Below, one piece after another: positions 39,966 through 52,419 of a DNA stretch of 64,000 nt (the stretch's first letter is position 1; the number at the start of each line of letters is the position of its first letter). The stretch lies in contig CM120640.1 in NCBI GenBank assembly GCA_051362555.1, forward strand, positions 47,532,788-47,596,787, written 5' to 3'. This DNA is from Lingula anatina. Its lineage: Eukaryota; Animalia; Brachiopoda. The position numbers and the translations under genes were made by a program. The notes under the pieces were generated by a model, which saw only the letters and a program-made list of their open reading frames with translations, was not told the origin of the DNA and ran no database searches.

Positions 39966-40274
39966 GACTTATTGGTGTTTTAGCATTATGCAATTTTGAT
40001 CAGCCATTCCCTTTGTAGTTTTCTGTCATGTTGAAGGATCTACAAAAATTTTAATATTTCACATTTGGTTGTGAATAATCTTTCATTAATGCAAATGAAA
40101 GCTAAAGCTAAGGACACACAAAAGTATGGTGTTAGAAAATTGGTGACAACCACTTTTATTGAAAGGTCCTTTAATGGTGTTAAATAATTATATAACATGA
40201 AATAATGTTGAGTAATAAAAATATCCAAACAAATAGTACTTACTGGTATCAATATAATATTGCATCAAAATCAA

Positions 40275-40308
<34 letters not shown>

Positions 40309-43300
40309 ACTTTGTGCACTTTCATCATTGTTTTATGCTTTAGGTCTGTACATTTGGCAGGTTTGTTACCTTGTTTATTAAAGAAACTAATGAATGAATG
40401 ATTGGATATAAAAGTAAATGATTCATTCTAGATCTTATGCACTTACTGTAGTTTGAGATGATCAGAAAGGAAGCAAGGAAATATTAAATTAAATTAGATA
40501 TCAATTTACACTTTTGCATTACGTAGTGATCAATAGTAACAATGATGATTTTTGATATTGAACAGGCAAAATGATGCCATAACTACTTTCTAATTGAATA
40601 ACAAATAGTGTGTTAAAATGTTTGTCCATAATGTTAATTCTAGCAGGTGGTAGCATGTGGTAGTGGTTGTTTTTTAAATTTAGCACTAATCATGCATGCA
40701 CACATATGCATGAAGTGAACATTTTACTTTGTTATGCAATGCTGCAGGCTTGTTTTAAACAATTGGTTTTGTCTCTGGATTCTGTGAAAAAAGGAAAAAT
40801 TAAAAGGTAGCGAGTGCCCTGAAGTGCAATCATACAGTTGCATGCATTCAAAGCACACGCCTGATGTGCCTGGAGTTTTTGGATTATGCCCTAAGTAACC
40901 TTTAGCCCTGTAAGTGCTGTTTAAATGGCATATACCCTGCATCAGTTCATTCAATGTGACATTTTGCAGGTAATATGTGCTGTAATGGACCATAATATAC
41001 AGTTTGTGTATGTAAGTCTGTTCAAGTGATTTGGCTCCATGGTTTTAAATACATACTACATGTTCCACAAGAGGAAAGCCAATGCAATATGGTTCTCAGA
41101 TATTGCTGTGGTTCTGTTGAGAATTATTATATTACTGTAAACAGAATACTGTATGTGCAGGTGGGTATGTAAAATTTTCATAGTGCATGCATCATATATA
41201 ATATGTTTATGGAAATAAATAATTAACTGAAGTATATATTATCTATTATTGTAGATGTGTTGAAATCTGCTCAATTAGGCAGGCCATATACCCACAGTAG
41301 GTTTTTGATAAGGCTTTTTTATGGTTCTGCACTTCAGCTTAGTTCAGCTATATGTATGTCATTAATTTTGTCACAGGGCAAGTCTTAATTGTTTATATCA
41401 TTATTTTTTTTTCATATCTGTTTGTCTGTATATGGCAACTTATAGCTTGGCTACTATGTAAGAGAGTCACCTAAACAGAGCTCGGAATGACCAAACAACA
41501 GGAAGCAAACCTGTGGAGAAGTTATGAAAAGAAATAAGACCTCATGTGGCATAAATGCATGTTACAACCTGTCAAAGTGGACTGCCTCCCACTGGACCAG
41601 TGAAGTATACCACTCAATGTGAAAATGGCCTTATTGTGTAAACATGATTCTCCTTTAAAGATCAATTAATCTGTATCATTTAGCACTGCTGTTCAAACAG
41701 CATTGCATGCATAACTGCCTTGCTTCTGTGTGGCTTGATAAGTTAGTGTATTTTTCTTTGATAGATGTTCACCCGGTGACCTGTGTGTGCATGTTGTACG
41801 ATGCACATTCAGATGGCATTTAACATGTTATCTCTAGGTTAATGGGGAATAAAAAACCAGTTAATATGTTCAATTTTTACTTATTGAAATAATGTATTGA
41901 AATCAATTTCTCTTTAAATACCTTTAAATCAGAAAGTGCTCATCTGCAGTGATAGATGCTTTTTGATGATATAAGTAAATGACATTGAACTATGTGACTC
42001 TTTAATGCTCCTATAGATCACAATTTATGTATTAATTGCCTGTGACTAAATTTATATTCAAGGTCTTGTTAAGTTTCATCATGCTGAGTTACCTGTACTT
42101 GAATAATATACTTTCTAAATATTAAATACAACCTATTTTTCTGGATCGTTTTGTTAAGTGTAATTCTTGTTAATATGAAGCCAATTGTCTATTTATATGA
42201 TACTGCCAAAAAGCTGTTACTGCAGCTGATCAATCAGGAAAATCAAAAGGACAAATCGAAAGATTTTAAACACATTAAGTACATACATGTAAACCACTTT
42301 CTTTCAAACTTTCCTAAAGATAAGTACGTAATACTTTTTGATAATATTTTAACAGATAAGTGGCATGAATTCTTGTCATCAAAAATAACCTGATAACCTG
42401 AAAATGTTTCACTGGGTACTTTTAAATGATAGAAATTATAACAGTTCTGGGAACAGGGGCTTCTGACTTTTAATTAAAATTAGTACTGCACATGTATTTA
42501 TCACCTAGGGAAAATCATCACAGAAAGTAAAAAAGAATGATAACATGCTAAAATAATATTGTAATATACTACTAGAGCAAAAATGGTGTTATCAAAAAAG
42601 TCTGTAACCTTTGCTAGATGTAACAAATATTTTAAAAAAATCTGATCTTAGGATTTTCATTTTCTCTACACCACAGCTGTGATAATAGTCAGACAATGCA
42701 AATGATACTGCCTACAAGAATAAGTGTCACAGTATGAATACTTCTGTTTTTAATATTGTTTCCCTTGTGTGTCTGCAATGATCCAGAATATTTTGATTGA
42801 TTTTTTTGGTCTGACCTGCAAACAAGATTGAGCTCCTGGGACAGCTCCTTAAATGTTTTCATGAATCCATAGAACTGTTTCTCTGACAGCTTTTATTATC
42901 AACTCGGCATGTTTTCTTCAAGAAGGCACTGCATGAGCAAAGTGACTGAAAAATTAGCAACTGTTTTTGGAGCCAAGTATGATGAGCAAAATTTAAATTT
43001 AATCAGGAGATGGATGTATGAAGTTGTGTACAAAGATGCAGGTAAAAAAATGGATAAGACAGCTTAAGATACTTCTAATACTTATAGAATATTTTTAAAA
43101 ATCTTTATTTATGATGATTTGGTGATTGTTACTACAAATAAAATTTTGATTATGAAAATTCTCTCTCTGAGTAGGTTATAAGTATTGATATTATATTATT
43201 GCAAATCTGTGCATGACAATCCAAGTCTTCAAATGCTGCTTTGATTGCACTGCTTGTGCTTCAGTATTTGAAGAAGAAACCTCATACTAGTAGGTGTAGG

Positions 43301-43438
43301 TGGGATAAAAAATAGGAGGGAGTTTAACTGTCATCTCATTGGGTATCTTTTCATATATTTCCAATTTGACTAATTTTTTTCATTAGAAAACTTATAGGTA
43401 CCTGAATCTACTTGGTGGATAAAACTGTTATTTAATAA

Positions 43439-43719
43439 CAGTGGTGAATTTAGAGGGGGGGTCAGGGGGGTCCTGACCCCCCTTCGGTTTCTGAAAAATA
43501 CATCACACCAACATTCCCCTCTTGATATTAGAACTTTCATTAACTTAACCATAGTTCTAATCCGTACCAAAGGGCATTGTTTGCTCTCCAAAACACCAAA
43601 AAATGTTCAGGGCCCTTGGGCAGGCCCCAAACCCCACACCAAGGGGGCTATGGTTGGCCCACATCCCAGGCCTGTCGTTCCAAACCCCCACCCTTCAAAT
43701 AATCCTGGATCCACCCCTG
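43439..43719. mobile_element. Non-autonomous DNA element (MITE) copy 2, same family as 29005-29328, 5-bp TSD aataa
   Basis: cagtggtgaatttagagggggggtcaggggggtcctgacccccc...ccttcaaataatcctggatccacccctg, flanked by aataa. Confidence 0.8.
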
Positions 43720-46491
43720 AATAATCATATATTCATATCCTATATCCTTTGGCAGATATTTTAAGAAAAAATTAGTATATACTGTATGATGTAGATGTAG
43801 TTCTGATTATTTCAGATCTAAAACCTGTTTTAAGTCTGTTTTAAAAGTTACATAATTTTGAGGAATACATTTATACCTCTAACTTATGTACCCTGGTATA
43901 TGCAGATTAGGTGTACATGTGCATGTACTAGTAGCACCATGCACACCTACCTTTTTACCTTTATGCACCAGCTGCAGTGACATTTTTCTAAATATTATGT
44001 AAGCCATCTATCTACAAGGGATTATGTGCTCTATCTTTTAACTTCAGCTGGCTTTATCTGCCAGGCAGGATAGCAGCCTACGCAGATACAGTAGCTGAGG
44101 TTACTTGCAAATCATCTTCTTTCATTTCCTTTATGCCTTGAGAGAAATCACTGTCTCTGTGAGTTTTTAAAATGACTGAGATTGTGACATTTAACTTGCC
44201 AGGAAATCACACCATATACTTTCAGGAAATGTATTATTCCAATAAATTGTCAGCATTCAGCTTAATGCTGTGCAGTTGTGTGCTTGGTTGACATTGACAA
44301 TTCATTAATAAAATCAACAAATACAATTACATTCAAGTTTTTCAGATTAGTTTTTTTACTCAGGAAACTAAGGAAAAAATGAGCTTATTTTAAAAAATTG
44401 ATGGATAATTTGTACAACTTCTTCCTTAGTTGTACATATTTTGCAATATTTTTTTTTTTCATTCTAACTGCCAGGGTAAAGTTAACTTTGCATTATGCTC
44501 TATACAATGTAAGCAAAAGGACCAGCTAGATACATGGGCTTGCTGACCCACCCTTTAATGCTCCTTAATTTCTTTAATTTTTTAAGAATGAAAATTCTAC
44601 TAAAACCCCCCTCCCCGTTCAACCATTTTGGCCCTGCTTGAAAAAAAACCCAATCAACTGCTTTCTGTGTTAAGTGGCTACATCTGCACCTCTGTGTCAT
44701 CAGATGAAAGCCATGAAATGTTTTTAAAGCATGGATTATTTTATCCCCAGGGACTGTTAATGGACATCACTCACACACAGTTTTTAGCCAAATGTTTTTT
44801 TTCATCAATGCTTGCCTGAAAACTGCACTTGTATTGTCATTTTAAATGTAAGTGGATCAGGTTCACATATCCACAAGATTTCCCCCAGTGAATTGGTACA
44901 GAATTTCAGTATATTAATTGAAGAAAAATTTAAAATTGACGGCTACTAAGGAAGGTAAGAATGCATGTGAAATACATAGGTACCTTGAATGTACACGTGC
45001 CTCTGGTCATACAGAGGTATAATTCACTTTTTGACTTATTCATGGTTTTTCATGGTCAAATCATCCCAGTACAAAAGATACTTGGGGGAAGTTTTCCTGA
45101 TGAAGATACATTTAAACTTTTGAAAATTGTAGATTAATTCATCTCCATATAGAAGATATATCTGTTAGGGATAGGTTACATAGTGAGCCAGCTGTTAGCA
45201 TGCATAGTGTGTGTGTGTGTGTGTGTGGCATTTGGCATGATGCAAGGTCCATTTTACCATTTTACCATGTAAGCCACTTGCACAATGTACATGTATTTGG
45301 CCACACCCATTACATGTTGTGAGTTTTTATGCCAGACTATGTGGCCTTCATAACTAATGGAAAATAGTCTTTATATCCAAAACCAATTTGTAGAAGTGCT
45401 GTCATTGCTTATTTTATGGGCTTTTTCATCTCTAAAAGGCAAAAAGGGCAATGATTCATGCAGCATTAACATGGCTTTTATGATCAAAATTATGAAGATT
45501 ACAATGGATTCAATTTGGAAATGTGCATTCCAATTGTTTTAATATATCTGATTGTTTGTTCGGCAAAAGAGAGAGTTGAGTTACACAATATATATATTTG
45601 AGTATATGCATGCACAGGCATATCATAGATTTTGTATTGCATGACTGTGAAGAGCATGTTAGGAAACTTTTAACAGATTTGTTGAAGTATGTAGCTGAGG
45701 GTTTTGAATTTTTAATCTGAGGTATTTCTTACAGTCTTTGACTTCACTTTCATTATTTTCTCTTTTCAGAAACATACTTTGTGTGAGCTTGGGCCTGTCA
45801 TATGATGGAATATGCATCATGACTACATCGCTTGATTACAATTTTATTTTTGTCACTATGAAGCCTCTCAACTGAATGATGGGTTCTCAGCAGAGCTGTA
45901 AAACAAGAATATTGGAAAAGAAACAAGTACTGAAGGTAATTTGTCTGAGGTCTGTTTTTCTTCTAGTGGGTGGACAGGACTTATATAACTGCCAGTGAGC
46001 AGACGTTGGACAGAAAGTGAGAAGTATCAGTTATTTTCATTTGGCTGTTACTGAGACTTGCTCAAGGAGTTGGACTTCAGCACATTCAAAGTAGATAAAT
46101 CTTTGGAATCAGGATTCACAATGGGCTCATCACATGTCAGTGGAAATTGAAGATTCAAATCAGTGGGCAGCAGTATTTATTACTAAGCAGCTGTTGCATT
46201 TCTCAGAAATTAAGCCACAGCTGACATCTTCAAATCTCACTGGAGCTGACCAGATATCCAAGTGCAGAGGTTTGTAATACCTGTAATAACATATCTGAAT
46301 TTTATGTTTCTGAAAAAGCAACAGTGTACAGGACAAAGAGTTTCAAAACAAAATATAATGCAGAGGTAGATATATTTGTAGGCCGGCAGTCTTTGTCAGC
46401 CTGAAACAGACAGTGATACATCAGTGAACAATCAATCAAAGACTTATAGGGCACCAGGACTTTCAATAATAAAACAAATACACAAGTGGGA

Positions 46492-49400
46492 ATGAAATTC
46501 TTGACCTTCTTGAACATGTACTCGGATATTGGCAATTTCACAATGCTTTCCCAGAATCAGAACAATGAAGGAGGTAACAGCAGTGATACCATGTGGAGTG
46601 AAACGGTGAATCAGACTGTGATTGACGATTGCAAAGACTACACAGAATCACATCACATTATGTTCCAATTGGCCAATCTGGTTCTGGTGCTGTCATTTTT
46701 GGCACCGAGTAATTCCCAGTATCATAGCCTTTTTATGCGCTCTTTGGTTATAGTGGCGTGTTTATTGACAACATTATGGAGCATTTTTGCATCCTGCTTT
46801 ATTGATGTGATGTTCTGGCATGTATCCTTCATGTTAGTCAACATCTCATATCTTATCTACATTGCCTATACTTTATATCCATCTGGTTTTCATGCAGACT
46901 TAGATTTACTGTACCAAAAGTTATTCAAGCCATACCATGTGCCTAGGGCTGCTTTTAGAGAACTGACATCTTTTGGGGAACTTAGAACATACCAGGATGG
47001 TGAAACCTATGCAGAAGAGACTGCCTCAGTGTGTGGTCAGTATTTGTCCATTGTGGTCAGTGGAAGGTATGTTTTTTTGAAGCATGTTTACACTGGGTGA
47101 AATTTGGATTGATGGTGTGAGTCAAGTTTGCACATACATATGTTTATCAGAGGAATATAAAATATGTGTTATTTTGTTTACGTAATGTAAATCTTTACAA
47201 AGAATATTAATTTTGTACATTTTACACAAGCTAATCTGATCTTGGTTCAAAGCATAGAGGTGCCTGCATGGTCTATACACAAGTCTTATGTAGTAAAAGA
47301 AGCAAATTAACTTATAAAAGTTATAGAAAGTTACAAAAAATTAATTAGAAGATTATAAAGAAATTTATCTATTTTAGCTTTAGAAATTGTAACACTAAAA
47401 TTTTATAAAATGTTTTTGTTATAAAAGGTAGGCTACTATTGTACACATACAGTATAACTTTTTCCTAGTGTGAATATTGATAATGACCTGAAAGAGACAC
47501 ACATGTATGGACATGGTGTCAGTGATAAATATTTCACAGAAAAAATTCCTACCTTGTGCATAAGATTTAGTCAGCATAATTTCATTATTTATAAACAGAT
47601 ATCTTCTGTTAATATCAAAAACCCAACATTTTATGTTACTCTGTACCTCTATATGTGGTCCCACAAAAAAGGCACAGTGAAATATGCACTTATACTCAGT
47701 TGCTTCTAGTATGTGTTTTTTAACAGACACTGACTTTGTCCATTTGTCATTGTTGAGTCTGTATATTACTAAGTGACATATGGAATCCAATGTGTCCTAC
47801 CTAAGTAGAAAACTGATAAAATATTGGATTGCTGCCTCATTTGTCAGAAATGAGTTGAGGGCTTCTTCCCTGGGAACAATTTCCTTATTAAGGACTGGTT
47901 TCTAGAAGCATTGGTATCATGGCCTGCTATTAAGCCCATGGAAATTGCAGATTAGGGTAGGTGTCAAATTGAATGATGTTCACCTTGAAGAAAAAACTGC
48001 ATTATTTTATTTGAAATGTTTTGAATGTCTGATAAAAAGCAGCAGTGACCTTCAAAACTCCAACTTTCTCACTGGAAAATGTTAGGAATTTGCTTTTCAA
48101 TTTTTGTCCTCTCCCTCTCCCATTCTACTCCAAACACCACCTCATAGTAATAATGTATACTTGTACAAAAGGCAAGTGTATTCTTATTTTCTTTGAAAAA
48201 TTCCCATCTGCCCACTGAAAACAATAAACTTCCCACAGCTAGATCATCAAAAGCAAATTGTGTAATTAATTGTAAGCAAAAATTACCTCTCTCAAAATTG
48301 TAAAGATTACCATGATACTAGTAATATATTTTTCATTCATTTGAAATATCTCATATTTCGTTCTATTTCAGCAACTTGAACTTACTTAATTGTCATAATG
48401 AGATTGAAAGAGAATTTGTTTATTTTCCAAGATTCTCAGTATCCTGTGAAGAGTTTGAACTGCATCCTATCCATCCACACCAGTTTTTAGATAGTCCAGA
48501 GTTTGAGGCTTGTGCTCCAGAGGTGATAGATAAACAGAAACATTTCCAGGTAGCTTAGGTATCAATAGTTAAGTACTGTGACCTTGCCCTAACTGAACAA
48601 CTCATAATTGAACAACCCTATTGGGTTTTCATCACAAAATCAGCAAAAATTGAAATAATGATCATTATTATGATTTTAAAAAATAAAAGAAGGGAATTAG
48701 ATTTGAAAAGATTATACCATACATATATTGCAGTATCTTTATGTACATATCTTTCTGGAGATTTTTGCAAAGATTTGATGAACATCTCTGTGTAACATTT
48801 TACTTTAGTCAAATAGGCCAAAGGCTTACAAGAATTGTGTTGTGACATAAAAGTGACTTACTGAAATACATATGGAATTTTATTCACATCAGATTTAATT
48901 TAGAGCTGTTCCAAATGGGTTTGCCACACAAAAAGGCAATGATTCTACAGTTAAACTAAAAGCAACTTTGTAAAGAAACTCTGAAAGTGCATGCAGTTAT
49001 ATGGTTTATTCACATTTTAACCTGTCACATTATTTATGCCACATGAAAGTATTTTGAGAACAAGGGTTTCTGTGTTTGCACAATCCGGCAGACTTATGAC
49101 TACTTAAACAACATTAAGTATTTGTGATATATTTTAAGGTCACTATAACAGCAACAGAAGACAGCTGCATCTTCCAGTGGGATGCAGCAGCATTGAGAAC
49201 TTTCTTAAAAACTCACATCTTCCTTGAAACAATCTTTTCAATGTTAATTGGCAAGGATATTACAGCCAAACTCCATGCTGTGCAGCAAAAAATATTCCAG
49301 AGGAACAGTACTCAGCAACCACTCTTGATAACACATTCCTCTTCATTGCTGGAGATACGGAACCAGATCCTGTCTGGCAACCATGTTGATGCCATGGCAG

Positions 49401-50066
49401 CCTTACAGAGATATGCAAATGCCTGCAGAAATGCTGAGCGTAAGTATCATACATGCATGCCTGCACACACACGCATGCCTACACGCATGCAAATGCTCGC
49501 ACCAATACACAGCTATGTGTGTACATGTATGAATGGGCGCACGTAAACGCGTGGGTGTGTGCCTACTTGCGCTCACCTGTAATGATGTTCTAACAAATGC
49601 TTCTTTAAATATGGTTACTTTTAGGGTTTTCTAAAGAAAAGAGAGCCCAATTTACCAATCTAAGATTTCGTAATGTCCGTACCCAGTCTTGCAATTTTCG
49701 GGACTATATATGGTTTTGCACATGGCTTTAGATTACTTTAATTTTAGAACAAGAATAATTTCAGTATGAAAGATCGCCCTGAGGGGCATTTTTTCAATGG
49801 ATATTATCTTTGCTTTATTATATTTGCTTGCCGCAATGTGTAATATCTTCATTAGAGTCATTTTTTGTTTAAATTAAATTAAAACATATCCCTTGTCTAA
49901 AAATTAAAAGCTGTTTTTTTGTGCAGAAAATGACTTATTTGTTTCGCTCGACGTATTTATACTTCCAGATCATTGTGATGGTAGGAGTAGCATAAGCAGC
50001 GTTAGCATCAGTAGTCCAGGACCTTCAATGAAAATACCAGTTATTACCAAAGAGACGTGCGTATAG
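46492..50066 (+). CDS. Popeye domain-containing protein B, 4 coding exons, ~363 aa
   Basis: Exons 46492-47066, 48432-48549, 49139-49439 and 49969-50066 join in frame with GT-AG ends. N-glycosylation sequons (NFT, NSS, NQT), HHIMFQLAN, three TMs, FLDSPEF, FQ|VTITA, LIGKDITAKL; ends ETCV*. The start could be 46492, 46516 or a later Met. Confidence 0.88.
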
Positions 50067-51275
50067 CAGAAGGAGAAAAGAACCATTATTTATTTGCATG
50101 GGTACATGTAGCTGTATAGAAATGATACAAAGAGGTGGAGTGACATGAATTATGATATTCAGGATTTTTACGACATATTTAGGTACTTAGCCAGAGTACA
50201 GTTGTGTAATCAGTCTTCTTACTTTGATACCGGCCGGCCCAGAATTTTGCCATGGGGAAGGGGGAGGAGTGGTGAAAAGAAAGGAACGTCACGTTTTCCC
50301 TCTTTTCCGTATTTTTGGTTAAGAAAAGTTGAAACTGGCAAGTTTGTCAAGTGCCCTCTATCGCGACTGATTCTGCCTCTGTGAACCCAGCTCATATTCA
50401 TGAAGGTTTTCTCCCAGGCTGGACGTCGGTCATTGTCGATGTACCAAAACTTCAGACACACGTTTATACTAGATATTCCTCCCCTTAAATTTACCACCGG
50501 TAGTTGACACATACTTATTTTGATCTGTTTTGCGTATATTTAAGAATAAATTTCAAGTTAAAATCAGTAATATTTTATTGCCCCGCAAAACGTGTACAAA
50601 ATTATGATTTGCTCTAATAATAGAAATTATTATTAAATTTTTCTTTACATATTGATGGGAAAAGCATTTATAAATAAATATTGATCATTTTATGTGTATC
50701 TTCAATTTATTGCATTCTACGTCATTGATTGAAACTGCCATCACATTATAATTAGCAAGCACATACAGAAACGGCAACTAATAAGCTTCATAAGCAACAA
50801 GCTTCGACCTAAATGAAAAATTTATACAATTTAATTGTTTTGACTGCGGGCGTGTTAAAAAGTTATCTACGAGCACATCTAACGCAATATAACAATATGA
50901 TCAGTCCAACTGGTCTAGTTCAGATTTGCCGATCAATTGATATACAAACACACTGTACGCACCATAATTCATTGATCTGTTGCCTATGCAAATATAGAAA
51001 AGTTAAGGCAACTTATAATCAGGGTATATTGACCTAATTTACATCCCAATTGCTGCAGCATTTAAAAATACCCTTGAAAAGTAGTCTGTCGGTAGTTAAA
51101 TGAGATGTGATAACCTTTGTGTAATTTCTGTTCCGCAATGAACCCTCCTTGAACTTCCAATCAATAATTAAATATCCGTCCCAAAAATAAAAAGTTCCCT
51201 AACTTAAATTGGTTAAAACGTTATCTCTTTTGGTCTGCCTACTTGCATTTGTCGAAGTTGGGGTAGGCCTACAGT

Positions 51276-52419
51276 TCACCAAAGACGTTTATAGTTGGAA
51301 ACAGGAGCAGAACTCGTCAACAAAAAACCTTCCTCGTCAAAGTCGTAATTTTCATGATCTCCACTTAAATGAACCATATCCACACTGCTGACTCTTCTGG
51401 CAGACGACCCTCCTGAGGAACAGCCGTCGGTGTATTTTGGGGACATTTTTGGAAGACGATAGCCTGGGTCGCTCCCAGCTCTTTGCATTCTCGGTGGCGG
51501 ACTTCTCCTCATCGTTGGCGGCTGAGGTAGAGGGTTTTTTGCGTTTATCGCTGGAAGTACTGGCACAGCGGTTACAGCACCCAATTTGGTGAAACGGAAT
51601 CGTTTTTCTTTCCGTTTTGAATTCTTATCTGATAATAAGTTCGGGTTGCTCTTCAGGTACAACTCCAAAGGATTGATTGATTTTCTTGTAACTTTCACGT
51701 CCCTTTCAAGGGAGGTTTCTACGTTATCTTTGAAGATGTCGAAATTCATGATCGGTGGCGGTGTCGATGGTGTTTCTGGTGTAACGCACGGCGCCTCGGT
51801 TTCTTGTAGTAATTCTTGGTTTTGAACAAAGTCCTTCAGTTGAAATAACGAAATACGCAGATTCTTGGGTGTTTGTGCCAAATCATCGATGCTGTCTGTC
51901 GGAGATAATGGAGGAGGTGTAGGCGGGGGCCTTGGCGGTGGAGTCTCGGTGGGTGGAGTACCTAATCTGAAAAACATCGTGAATTTAACCAGTTTTTGTT
52001 TGATTTGTTACAACTTTCAGTGATTGTTCGCCGAACAATGAATTTAGCAATAATAATAAACAAACCGTTTTGGTTGTTTGATCGTTTAAAGTCTAAAAAT
52101 GCATCTTTGTATGATTTAGATATTTTCAATACGTATGATCAGCTGCTTCAACGCCGTTACCGTCATAAACATAGTTTATAGAACTAAAAATGTTGTCAGG
52201 CTGTAAAATTGTCTGTTAAGTGATTAGTAACAAAGTATTTCGTTCAAAAGGCATGCCCATCTATCTGCCAAAATATGACGATGCCATGTAGACTGTTGGG
52301 CCGTATTGACGTGCCGATCTTTTACTTGTGAGATTCTGTATCCTTCAAAGATACACTTACCTGCAATGGTCATCAGCGATGATTGAATGATCTCCTTTCT
52401 TACTAATACGCACCAACAT
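51276..52419 (-). CDS. Uncharacterised proline-rich protein, 2 coding exons, ~249 aa
   Basis: Exon 52419-52361 (MLVRISKKGDHSIIADDHCR, donor ag|gtaagt) splices in frame to exon 51966-51276 (acceptor tttttcag). The ORF is GC-richer than its flanks. No family recognised. Confidence 0.65.
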
